Shown here in pieces: positions 11,764-20,453 of a stretch of 64,000 bases of DNA. The DNA comes from Candidatus Bathyarchaeota archaeon (GTDB lineage: Archaea > Thermoproteota > Bathyarchaeia > 40CM-2-53-6 > RBG-13-38-9). The stretch's first letter is position 1, and each line of letters starts with the position of its first letter. The notes below the pieces were generated by a model. That model worked only from the letters and a program-made list of their open reading frames with translations, did no database searches and was not told the DNA's origin. The stretch is from assembly GCA_963807605.1 (NCBI GenBank), contig CAWECG010000004.1:576001-640000 (forward strand), read 5' to 3'. The position numbers were made by a program, and so were the translations under genes.

Positions 11764-12033
11764 CTAGAAGCCTTCGTTAAGGCTATCCAGTCGTTTCAGC
11801 TTGGCAAGCAAGTCGGATCTGTGCCTGCAAGGTTGCTCAATCTCACGATGAGTTGCGAAGAGGCTACAGTAGTCACAATACATAATCTCAATATCCACAC
11901 CCTTCAATCTTGTAATCCTGTGCGACGGATGAGGATTCATCAAGACAACCTCCGACTTAACTATCAACTGAGAAATCATGGAGAATAAAAGACAGAGAGA
12001 ACAGCGAAAAGCCCCAAGCCGGTTGTCGACCAA
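11764..12033 (-). CDS. Small hypothetical protein with CxxC/CxH
   Basis: YCDYC...CRH; start uncertain. Confidence 0.3.
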   Translation of the reverse strand: MVDNRLGAFRCSLCLLFSMISQLIVKSEVVLMNPHPSHRITRLKGVDIEIMYCDYCSLFATHREIEQPCRHRSDLLAKLKRLDSLNEGF

Positions 12034-12269
12034 CTCAACATCAAAAAAAGCGATTTCTTAGGTCTAAGCTTGACAAGGGAGAAACCGTCATACACAAGCT
12101 AGACAAGACCATAGCAAAGAAATAGAAGACACACCTAGACCCTGACGAATTGTCCCAACAAACTTGACAGAACCGCTGAGATCTCCACCCTCTTAGACCA
12201 CACTTCGACGGAAAAAAATAACCTTACGAAACCGTATCCTTCATATTCAGAAGTGTGTGATGAGACGTT

Positions 12270-12596
12270 ATGGAAGACAATATATCAGCTCTAAGAGATG
12301 AGACACCGGAACTCTTCGAACTTATTTTGATTGGCTCACATATTGAAGTAGAGAGAATGATAAAGAAACTGCATTCCAAGCACGATATCAAAGGCGCTAT
12401 TGCTCGTGAGTACATCGACGAGATTAAGAATGCTTGGCAAGCTTCCATGAGAGGAGAGCTTCTGGAGGATTACTTTCAGAGGATAAGAACGGAACTCATT
12501 AAAGAGAAGAATGCGTCGACACCCAAGATGCTCCTCATAAGAGATTATCAGAAGTTCATCAACGAATCTAGGAGAAGCGAGCTATCTCTCCACTAA
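12270..12596 (+). CDS. Hypothetical alpha-helical protein
   Basis: 108-aa ATG-started ORF with protein-like composition; no recognised motif. Confidence 0.55.
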   Translation: MEDNISALRDETPELFELILIGSHIEVERMIKKLHSKHDIKGAIAREYIDEIKNAWQASMRGELLEDYFQRIRTELIKEKNASTPKMLLIRDYQKFINESRRSELSLH

Positions 12597-12761
12597 CAAC
12601 ACTGGATAACTATGCGCATCTATTGACATGCCTCGGCTAAGGCTCACGAAGAAATCTAGCCCTGATGTGCTAGCGCGCGCCAGAGCAGTGCTGCTGGTTC
12701 TGTGGTAGCATGTTGGATGAAGTCTGTATTCTGACCGTCTGTGACAGGTCCCAGAAGCAGT

Positions 12762-12965
12762 CTAGAATCTTTTGCCTCTTCTGCCTCGTCCGCCTCTTCC
12801 TCCGCCGGCCCAGTTTTGTCCGATCTTCCTGCCGAGCAGGAATCTCTTAGCATGAATTCTTCTAAACCGTATTCTTGGCGATGGAGAAACGTGTGCTGTT
12901 GCTTGTATTTTTGGTGTCTGGCTCCTGACCTTTCCAGCCTTTGTCAATGATCCGTGAGTCGGCAT
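12762..12965 (-). CDS. rps30e: 30S ribosomal protein S30e (eS30)
   Basis: MPTHGSLTKAGKVRSQTPKI signature; TTAAAT TATA-like box upstream. Confidence 0.95.
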   Translation of the reverse strand: MPTHGSLTKAGKVRSQTPKIQATAHVSPSPRIRFRRIHAKRFLLGRKIGQNWAGGGRGGRGRRGKRF

Positions 12966-13018
12966 CCTAATCGACCTTGAAGCTTACATTTCGGTAAGGA
13001 GTGATTTAAGGATGTCCT

Positions 13019-13882
13019 CTATATCGGTACGCGTCTCCCCGAATGGTCGCGCTTCGTTACGCCAAGCTCCTTCATGCGCTTTAGCGTCTCGCCATCAAAG
13101 ACGGGCCCCTCCTTGCAGACTCTGTAAGAATCTATGATGCAACTTCCACACACCCCTATCCCGCACTTGATGATCCGCTCAAGACTGGCTTCGACTGGGA
13201 CTGAGTATTCAGAACCAAGATCAACGATCTTCTTGATCATCGCTTCCGGACCGCATGTATAGATGATATCATAATCATTCTTCTTTAGTTCAGCCTCAGC
13301 GACTTCAGAGGCGAGGCCCTTCACCCCGTATGCCCCATCCTCCGTCACAGGAATCACTTCGCCTCCGACCATCTGAGCGTTCAGTCGCATCCTATCCAAG
13401 AAGAGAAGCTCACCCGTGATCGGCGCTCCAATAATTGCAGTGAAGGTTTGGATATTCTTGGCAAGTAGATCTGAGAGGGGCCCAAGCGGCGCCCCTCCAG
13501 CACCACCCGCAATAATTAGGGGTTTCTTACTGCTCATTAGGGTGAAGCCTGTGCCGTAGGGGCCTCGTACCCCTATTGGTTGTCCTGTCTTCTTAGAGTG
13601 GAGGTTGTTGGTTGAGGGGCCGGCCATCTTAACAGTGATTGCGGCGAAGCCATCTTGCGTCATGGATGAGATGCTCATTGGTATCTCGTCTAGACCTGGT
13701 ATCCAGACCATTAGGAACTGTCCAGGTGTGGCTCTGGAGGAGGGTTCGTCTCTGAAGTAGACTGACTTTATCGTTGCTGTCTCGAATGTGGTTTTCTCGA
13801 TCCTCACGATTCTCGGTGTATGAATGGGCTTGGTCTGTGGTCTGGACTCTGAATGCAATTTGGCCACAGAAGACAACTGCAT
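13019..13882 (-). CDS. pyrK: Dihydroorotate dehydrogenase electron transfer subunit
   Basis: PGQFLMVWIPG, RGPYG, CGPE, CGIGVCGSC..C 2Fe-2S motif; start approximate. Confidence 0.9.
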   Translation of the reverse strand: MQLSSVAKLHSESRPQTKPIHTPRIVRIEKTTFETATIKSVYFRDEPSSRATPGQFLMVWIPGLDEIPMSISSMTQDGFAAITVKMAGPSTNNLHSKKTGQPIGVRGPYGTGFTLMSSKKPLIIAGGAGGAPLGPLSDLLAKNIQTFTAIIGAPITGELLFLDRMRLNAQMVGGEVIPVTEDGAYGVKGLASEVAEAELKKNDYDIIYTCGPEAMIKKIVDLGSEYSVPVEASLERIIKCGIGVCGSCIIDSYRVCKEGPVFDGETLKRMKELGVTKRDHSGRRVPI

Positions 13883-13910
13883 TTGCGTGGAGTCTAAAAG
13901 TCTTTCTTGA

Positions 13911-15350
13911 TCAGTCCTGGAAGAAGTGTCTGGTCTGGCCCATCGTCTGGACATCTAGAGGCTTGATATTAACAACGACAGGGAAGTCTCTGACTATATC
14001 GCCGACGATGAGGCAGTTGTGGGCGGGAAGATCTTTAACGATCGATTTTAGACTCTCAGCATCTATCTTCGCCACTTTTGAAACCGCATCCAAGTCATGT
14101 TCATTCGTGAAGTTGAACATGAAGATGTTGTCAGCCTGTCTGTAGACGCTCTCTTGGACAGTATCGGGCGAGTTGGTCACGAAGGTTGTGAATATGCCGA
14201 GATGTCTCATCCTTGTCACTATATCGTCCCAGTAGGTCTCTCGCAGGTAGAAGTGCGCCTCCTCTGCGAAGAGGAAGACTGCTTTCAACCTCATCTCTGA
14301 GAGTTCTTCCGTCACTTTGCTTATGAATAGTTCAACTATCAGTCTTCGGCTGATTGGATGTTCATCTTTCATGTTGATGACGTAGGCGTGGCCTTCATTC
14401 ATTTTCTTCTCAAAGGTGCTGAAGTCGAATGCTTGGGACTGATCGTTGGTGAAGAGTTCTAGATCCAGCAGGGTGTTGAATCTTGAGTAGATGGCTTCTC
14501 TGACGCTTTCGTGGCATGGGAATCTCCTGATGGAATCGTTGAGCGAATCGAGGTTTAGATTTCCATTTCTCTCAAGCTCATTCCACATTCTAGAGAAGAC
14601 CTTTGACGAGGTCCTGGGAAGGTCTAGGGCGTAGATCATGGTGTTAAGAAATGTCTTCAGACCAACCCCTGCTAAGCTGAACCTGAGGTTCTGGCCTGAT
14701 TTCAGAACGGAGATCTTATCTGCCACAGCATTAGGCTCGTCATTCTTTCCGCGGCCTATGTTTACATATTCACCGTTGATGTCGATTATCAGACATGGGG
14801 CTCCGTTCTGGACTAAACTTAATATGAGCAACTTAGAGAGATGTGACTTTCCTACTCCCTTCTTTCCGGTTATGATGTTCAGCCTCCCGTCGAGCATCTT
14901 CACATCTACTGTAAGGGAGTCTGACCTTGTTCTTCCAAGGGTGACGGGTCTTTTCCCATCCGTCGTCGAGGCCAACTTCTCGATCGGGTAAGGGACTATT
15001 CTCGAGGTTGTTCTTGATGGGAGCCATGATGCTTCTGTCTTGGCTTTTCCGCCTTCAATCGCGCCCCTGATCTTGCAAACGAGTAGTTTAGTGTCTTTCA
15101 AGACAGCGATCTGAGATGAGATGTTGAATGGATCATAATCACATCCTTGAACCGAATCCTCAGTCATAGCGTCCCTAAGTATATCTTCAAGGATGCCGGG
15201 CAGATTTGCGAATTGAATATCTATTACCTGGACCATGAGTCCCTTCTTCAGCTTCTTATCATCGATAAGCAGGTAGTCACCCTTCTCGATCATCTCTTCC
15301 GGTGAACATATGATCTGTACAGTATCGCCCTGTTTCTTGTAGATCTTCAG
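13911..15350 (-). CDS. HerA/FtsK-superfamily ATPase
   Basis: Walker A GKKGVGKS, IIDINGEY, Walker B FAEEAH; frame stays open to a CTG at 15350 immediately after the upstream gene's TGA. Confidence 0.85.
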   Translation of the reverse strand: MKIYKKQGDTVQIICSPEEMIEKGDYLLIDDKKLKKGLMVQVIDIQFANLPGILEDILRDAMTEDSVQGCDYDPFNISSQIAVLKDTKLLVCKIRGAIEGGKAKTEASWLPSRTTSRIVPYPIEKLASTTDGKRPVTLGRTRSDSLTVDVKMLDGRLNIITGKKGVGKSHLSKLLILSLVQNGAPCLIIDINGEYVNIGRGKNDEPNAVADKISVLKSGQNLRFSLAGVGLKTFLNTMIYALDLPRTSSKVFSRMWNELERNGNLNLDSLNDSIRRFPCHESVREAIYSRFNTLLDLELFTNDQSQAFDFSTFEKKMNEGHAYVINMKDEHPISRRLIVELFISKVTEELSEMRLKAVFLFAEEAHFYLRETYWDDIVTRMRHLGIFTTFVTNSPDTVQESVYRQADNIFMFNFTNEHDLDAVSKVAKIDAESLKSIVKDLPAHNCLIVGDIVRDFPVVVNIKPLDVQTMGQTRHFFQD

Positions 15351-16466
15351 TCAAGCCGCCTCCATCGATGTGCCGTAGGGACCGAAGAGGGATCTTCTGA
15401 GGCTAAACCTAGGCGCGAGTCGGAGCCCGTACTCTATCGACAGATGCCTCTGAATAGCCAAGATCTCATTCGCTGTGAAGGTTGAGAGAATATGTGCCAG
15501 CCTGAGTGTCTCCGGATAGCCTTGTTCGAGAACGTCTGTGTTAATCAGGCGCCCCATGGCTGTAAGCCCCAGTTCTTCAGGCACTTGGCGATCAATATCG
15601 ACTCTGAACGGAAGGCCCTGTGCGGCTAGTTTCGCTACGTAGACTCTTCCCATCAACCTGACAGGGGTCGAAGGAAATTGCGGAGCTATCAGTTTATCAA
15701 TATTCAATATGCACGGAGGTTTTGCCCTATCCAAGAGTCTAGTTATCCTCTTGCCGGAGAAGCAAAGTCTTGTCTCCTTTGAGAAGGCAACTGCCACGTT
15801 GCCATTCTCTCTTGAGCTGTTAAGAAGATCCTCGACACAAGCCGCTGGGTTGTCTGGCGTACCGGCGGTTAGAGAGCCATCCAAAAGGACTATTCCCTGT
15901 GAAAGGCTTGAGCAGGCGAATCTCTGCATCCATCTCTCCAGTGTATTTCTAAGCCTCGCGAGCAAGCGTTCAGTCACGGGCGACCATGCCGAGTATGAGA
16001 GACCTTGATGCGTGTGTGATCGCTTGTTGAGAAACCTAGCGATTGAGTCGTTGAGGTGGAAGGTGAGCGGTCCACATCTGGTAAAGTTGTAGCCTGATCC
16101 TTCCCTCCATACGAGAGCTCCTCTAATGGAATATATGAACCCCTCCTCAGATTCTCCAACCCTTACGCTTGAGACGTCGACTGCAGCAACAGGACAGCTC
16201 CCTTTGACGACTGGCAGCGGCCTTGGTTCATCGCTTATCGGCGTGTTTGTCAGGTCTACGTGAGGATCCTCCTCGACTTCCTCTTCTAAGCTAACCTCGA
16301 CTGTTGAGACTTCTCTAGGTTCAAAGAATCCGCCGTTGATCGTACGCATCGATTTGCTGCTCAGATCGAGGAGGAATTCTGGAAGCAGTGTCGTTTTTGA
16401 TTCTTCAAAGAGTAATCTACTTATCTTTGAATCTTCAAATTCTATGCCTTGGGTGCGGTGTGTCAG
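15351..16466 (-). CDS. NurA-like nuclease
   Basis: AAVDVSS, LLDGSL, FSKET, GYPETLRLAH motifs; frame open to CTG at 16466 after a G-rich RBS-like run. Confidence 0.8.
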   Translation of the reverse strand: MTHRTQGIEFEDSKISRLLFEESKTTLLPEFLLDLSSKSMRTINGGFFEPREVSTVEVSLEEEVEEDPHVDLTNTPISDEPRPLPVVKGSCPVAAVDVSSVRVGESEEGFIYSIRGALVWREGSGYNFTRCGPLTFHLNDSIARFLNKRSHTHQGLSYSAWSPVTERLLARLRNTLERWMQRFACSSLSQGIVLLDGSLTAGTPDNPAACVEDLLNSSRENGNVAVAFSKETRLCFSGKRITRLLDRAKPPCILNIDKLIAPQFPSTPVRLMGRVYVAKLAAQGLPFRVDIDRQVPEELGLTAMGRLINTDVLEQGYPETLRLAHILSTFTANEILAIQRHLSIEYGLRLAPRFSLRRSLFGPYGTSMEAA

Positions 16467-16536
16467 TTATTTCCCCCCTGTGGGAGTTTGCCCTCCAAAC
16501 TCCTGTGGCCGCCGCACCTACTCGCGCTCGTGGCAG

Positions 16537-17079
16537 TTAACTGCCAGGCTTGCGGCCTCCTTCGAGGTTTCTATCTCCGGCATCCCCCAGGGTCTTTAGA
16601 GTCTCTTGGACCTCTCTGGTTCCGGCTGCTGTGAGCCTGTAGCTGCCTTTTTCTACACGTTCTACTATCCCGGCTTTGCTCATCTCGGTCAGCGTATTCT
16701 GGATGGTTTTCTGAGCTTTCCCTATTGCCTTGGTTATCTCCTCCAACTGTACGTCATCTGATACCTTCTTTCCCAGTTTGAGGGCTACTTGGGCCGCAAG
16801 CAGGATCGTTGCTACAGCCTGGTCTGTGGAGAGGTCTGATCTCAACAGTATCGGCTGGCCGTCGCGTGTCAAGTTGACGAAAGCTGATATCTCCTCAAGG
16901 AGCGCGAGGTAGTCTGGACTGTAGATCAATTTTGAGGCAATGTCGTAGGCAGGATAGATCTCTGCTATGTATTGGCTTATTGCCCTGAGGACCTTTTCAG
17001 GTTCGCCTTCTATGGTATGTTTGAATCCTCCATGCTCTATTTGGACTTTCAATTTTGATTCTTGACTCATCTTTCTCAT
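16537..17079 (-). CDS. Winged-helix protein, paralog 4
   Basis: N-terminal KVQIEHGGFKHTIEGE, VNLTRDGQP, C-terminal EMSKAGIVERVEKGSYRLTAAG. Confidence 0.8.
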   Translation of the reverse strand: MRKMSQESKLKVQIEHGGFKHTIEGEPEKVLRAISQYIAEIYPAYDIASKLIYSPDYLALLEEISAFVNLTRDGQPILLRSDLSTDQAVATILLAAQVALKLGKKVSDDVQLEEITKAIGKAQKTIQNTLTEMSKAGIVERVEKGSYRLTAAGTREVQETLKTLGDAGDRNLEGGRKPGS

Positions 17080-17080
17080 C

Positions 17081-17578
17081 TCACGGAGTGAGTTTGGGTA
17101 GGATGTTTTGCATGAAGTTGTCAAGCCCATAGGTCGTTATCCGGTACTCGCCTTTGCCTATTCTCTCGACCAGTCCTTCTGTACACATCTCGCTTATTCT
17201 GCCGGCTACGGTTCCAGCTGTTTTCTTGGTGTAGGTTATCAGGTTACCAATCAGAGCCTTTTCGGAATCTAGATTCTTGGTGATGTAGCCGATGTGGACC
17301 TTGGCTAGGTGGAGGAGGATTAGTTCGCGGTCGGTTAGGTGTTCAGTTGGTACTATTACGACGACTCCTTCTGGTGTGAGTTTCATTATCTCGGAGCATG
17401 ATGAGAGGAGCTTCTCCTCATCCACTGTCAGCGTGAGTTTCGATATGAGCTCTAGTTTGGGAATGTTTTCTGACATGAAGCTGATCAATTCGCGGATCAC
17501 TTCGCTAGCGTCTCCTTTGATCTTCTTCTCTAGATTGTTGTATTTGATCCAGACCTCGACCGTTCTATCTTCGCTCAA
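17081..17578 (-). CDS. Winged-helix protein, paralog 3
   Basis: EVWIKYNNLEKKIKGD, MKLTPEGVV, RISEMCTEGLVERIGKGEYRITTYG. Confidence 0.8.
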   Translation of the reverse strand: MSEDRTVEVWIKYNNLEKKIKGDASEVIRELISFMSENIPKLELISKLTLTVDEEKLLSSCSEIMKLTPEGVVVIVPTEHLTDRELILLHLAKVHIGYITKNLDSEKALIGNLITYTKKTAGTVAGRISEMCTEGLVERIGKGEYRITTYGLDNFMQNILPKLTP

Positions 17579-18044
17579 CTGGGGTCCCTCCTGGCTTCAT
17601 CGACTTGACTGTGTTTTCTACCCACTGTTTTCCTGCGACTGTGAGTTTGTAGACGTCGCCTTCCCTGTAGGCTAGGCCTTCGCGTTTGAGTTCACTGAGT
17701 CTGCTTGCAAATCCGACTGAGAGGAATCCGCTGAGGCTCAGTAGGCGGCTGAGTTCTCTCGGTCTGACACCCTGTGGATCCATCGCGTATAGAAGAATGG
17801 CAACTGCCTCGCGGTCCGTCAGCTTTTCTCTTGTGACTGTCAGCACGGGTCCTTCAGTTGTCAGTTGGACTATCCTTGAGAGGATGTCTTTCTCACCTAC
17901 GGCTGTTGACTGGGTCGAGATCATGCTATCGATGACCTCGAGCCATTCGGGAAACTCTTTGATGCGGTCTATGATCTCGTCGAAGTTTTCTCCTTCGAGT
18001 TCTATGTTACCGTAGCTTCTGTGGAGTACGAGCTTGACCTTCAA
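17565..18044 (-). CDS. Winged-helix protein, paralog 2
   Basis: NIELEGE, VQLTTEGPV, RLSELKREGLAYREGDVYKLTVAG. Confidence 0.8.
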   Translation of the reverse strand: MKVKLVLHRSYGNIELEGENFDEIIDRIKEFPEWLEVIDSMISTQSTAVGEKDILSRIVQLTTEGPVLTVTREKLTDREAVAILLYAMDPQGVRPRELSRLLSLSGFLSVGFASRLSELKREGLAYREGDVYKLTVAGKQWVENTVKSMKPGGTPVERR

Positions 18045-18077
18045 AGCTTTTCTGAGACTGTTGTACTATGGAAAACG

Positions 18078-18127
18078 TATATAAGGTTTGCCGTAAAGTA
18101 TGAAGTATACGTAACGTTTACAGGCAA
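18078..18127 (-). promoter_or_regulatory. Internal BRE/TATA promoter with adjacent inverted repeat (candidate operator)
   Basis: Minus-strand CAAACCTTATATA ~35 nt before the paralog-2 start; imperfect IR TTGCCGTAAA (18088-18097) / TTTACAGGCAA (18117-18127). Confidence 0.5.
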
Positions 18128-18160
18128 CTCTGACATGGGGTTACATCCATTGTCCAAGAC

Positions 18161-18670
18161 TTATCGGAGCCTTCTCAGAACCTCATTCTCAACCCACTGC
18201 AACCCAGCGCCTGAGAGAGAATACTTACCGTTTTCAGCAACTAGCCGACCTTCCCTCCTAAGTTCACTCGCTCTGGCCCTCACTGCTTCAGGCTTCATCG
18301 TCTTCCAGCTTGAGCTGAGGATATTGCTCAGTTCATCACACTCAACGGCTGTTGGCTTAGCCGCATAGAGAATAAGTGCCAAGGCCTCCTTTGCCTTAAG
18401 AGAGTCCACTGGGATCGTCAGTCGGGGTCTGCCTTCCGGCGTGAGTTCAACAATACCTTCCAGAGAAGGCGTAACCGTGGTGCGGGTCGCCCCAAACTCG
18501 GAGAATGTCTTTTGAACAGGTTGTTGCTCAACACTTGTCTGGGGGAGGCTTTCCAGAAGCTTCTCGAAGTATTCTTTTACGTATGCAAAATCACCTTCGA
18601 GTTCAACTTCATAGTCCCCGCGTCTTATTCTGAATCTCAGGGTCTTTTCCTCGCTCAACCTTTCTCCCAT
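18161..18670 (-). CDS. Winged-helix protein, paralog 1
   Basis: RFRIRRGDYEVELEGD, VELTPEGRP, RASELRREGRLVAENGKYSLSGAG. Confidence 0.8.
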   Translation of the reverse strand: MGERLSEEKTLRFRIRRGDYEVELEGDFAYVKEYFEKLLESLPQTSVEQQPVQKTFSEFGATRTTVTPSLEGIVELTPEGRPRLTIPVDSLKAKEALALILYAAKPTAVECDELSNILSSSWKTMKPEAVRARASELRREGRLVAENGKYSLSGAGLQWVENEVLRRLR

Positions 18671-18703
18671 CCAATGTCGTCCTCAAGAGGCTGTCGGAAA
18701 ATT

Positions 18704-18870
18704 CTTCATATTGACATCTCCATATATGGGGATGGAGCGTTACCTCCGTGCGCTCTAGCCCGCCCATCATATCGGGTGGCTTCCACCCGCCAAGGCGTAT
18801 GCTTTACAGGCATAAGCCATGATAGCCGCTGCATTCTTTCCTTTGCGGCGTAGCGGGTGTGGGCTGTAAG
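18704..18870 (-). ncRNA. Putative omegaRNA-like scaffold overlapping the 3' end of the TnpB-like gene
   Basis: Clustered stems: CGGGTGG/CCACCCG (18773-18789), GGCGTATGC/GCATAAGCC, GCCGC/GCGGC, enclosing AGCCCGCCC (18757-65)/GGGTGTGGGCT (18855-65). Confidence 0.5.
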
Positions 18871-20271
18871 TCGCTCTATCAAAGGCTCCACATCTTTTGC
18901 ATCCTGCATATTCATCCTTCCATCGGTGGATATGCTAGGCTTCAGATATGGATGCCCGTGATCTTGAAGTAGAATTTTCTTAACCCAGGCTTGACGTTTA
19001 CGTATGCGTCCTGCAACTGTCTTCAGCTGGTCTGGGCTGAGATGTTCCTGTAGACCAAGTGCTCGTCTGCCAAGTATGAGTGCTGCAAGCTGATGTACAC
19101 TCATCCTTGGAAAGATTGGTTTGTATTTTGCTTCGGCGACTCGACTTGTATAGGCTGCTGGAATCCCTGCTAGGATCCACTCACGCCTCAGCGCTTTTGT
19201 GGCTGCAAGTGTGATAAGCTTCTTCCGCATGAAGTTGGCTATGAGTCTGTTCGCTCCGCCATGTTCAATACCTTTGAAATCGTTCAGGTCTTCAATGACC
19301 AGCACATTAACACCAAAGAAGCTTGCCCATTTGAGAGCCTTCTCTAGAAGGTTGCTTGCAAGCCACAGTCTCTTTTCCTTGCGGGCATAGATGAGTGCTG
19401 GTTCCTTGAAGGATTTGGCTGCAATGAGGTTTCCATCGCTGTTTACTATGACCAAGTCAATATGGGTAGGATTAACATCTATTGCAACCAATCTTGTCCC
19501 AGACCAAGGTTTGATCGGTTTGTCTGAGACCTCGAAGGATACGTAACAGTCATAATTTCCGTCAGGACGTTTCACCAGACGAATGGTGTATGGTCGAGTT
19601 GGATTCTTCGCCTTGACTGGGTGAACTGGTGGAAGGGTTTGGTCGGCGATGGCGTTGAAGATTCGCAGGTACGTTTCTGGCACGTGTAGTGGGACCATAA
19701 AGTTATCATGATTTGCTCCCCAACTTCGGATGTCAAGCATGAAGTCGCCATCAATTTTGCGGATGCGTGTGTGCAGGTTGCCCTTGTTCCATCCATCCCC
19801 AACGCTTACGAGTTGTCCTCGACGCTTCATGCGCCACCTCTCCGATCCTATGTGTTTTCGTCCGCCAAACACGACCTTCGGCAACGTACCATTCTTGAGA
19901 TGTGTTTGGATTGTGGCTTTTCGTTTCTCCAGCTTTGCGATCCGCATCTCATAGCCATGCTTCTTCAATGGGTTACAGGTTCGGTTCAGCTTCTTCTGGA
20001 CTTGGCCGATCTTCCAGTTTACTTCTTGAATGTGAAGGGCCAGCAGTTCTCGCTGACTCCCAATAATGGCTTTGGCTTGGAAGATGGCGTTATTCCGCCA
20101 GAGATAATTCTGAATACCGTAACGCTCCAAAAGGATGGGTGCGACTTCTGGCTGCTTGGTTCCAGGAATAAGTTGGTTGTAGGCTGAGCGGACCATACTC
20201 TGGAATATTCGACATGCATCGTCTAGGCTTAGATTCTGTTGTGCTTTGCAGTGAACTGTGTAGAATTGCAA
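18706..20271 (-). CDS. Divergent TnpB-related RuvC protein (no Zn finger, His at RuvC-III position)
   Basis: VVFGGRK, AIDVNP (RuvC-I), VIEDL (RuvC-II), AYTS..KY, SVHQLAALILGRR; GGTGA RBS before TTG. Confidence 0.8.
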   Translation of the reverse strand: MQFYTVHCKAQQNLSLDDACRIFQSMVRSAYNQLIPGTKQPEVAPILLERYGIQNYLWRNNAIFQAKAIIGSQRELLALHIQEVNWKIGQVQKKLNRTCNPLKKHGYEMRIAKLEKRKATIQTHLKNGTLPKVVFGGRKHIGSERWRMKRRGQLVSVGDGWNKGNLHTRIRKIDGDFMLDIRSWGANHDNFMVPLHVPETYLRIFNAIADQTLPPVHPVKAKNPTRPYTIRLVKRPDGNYDCYVSFEVSDKPIKPWSGTRLVAIDVNPTHIDLVIVNSDGNLIAAKSFKEPALIYARKEKRLWLASNLLEKALKWASFFGVNVLVIEDLNDFKGIEHGGANRLIANFMRKKLITLAATKALRREWILAGIPAAYTSRVAEAKYKPIFPRMSVHQLAALILGRRALGLQEHLSPDQLKTVAGRIRKRQAWVKKILLQDHGHPYLKPSISTDGRMNMQDAKDVEPLIERLTAHTRYAAKERMQRLSWLMPVKHTPWRVEATRYDGRARAHGGNAPSPYMEMSI

Positions 20272-20453
20272 ATCGCAGACTCACCCATAATTCTCCAGAT
20301 GGTGTTTTAAACAAATTTGTATCAATTTTCCGACAGCCTATTTAATCTTTAATGACCGATCAAACCTCGACAAGACCGGTTGATTCTGGCGCGCGAAATA
20401 TAGGCACGGTCAGTTAATGTTCTATCCGTTTTGAACCTTCACGTACTCTTTTT

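Larger units (their letters stand above)
18688..20339 (-). mobile_element. Non-autonomous element with 16-bp terminal inverted repeats carrying a TnpB-like gene
   Basis: AGGCTGTCGGAAAATT (18688-18703) and its exact reverse complement AATTTTCCGACAGCCT (20324-20339) tightly bound promoter plus ORF. Confidence 0.75.

Noticed and set aside
18706-20271. Calling the 521-aa RuvC protein a Cas12 effector
   Set aside because: No adjacent array; it is bounded by TIRs and has TnpB-related motifs.
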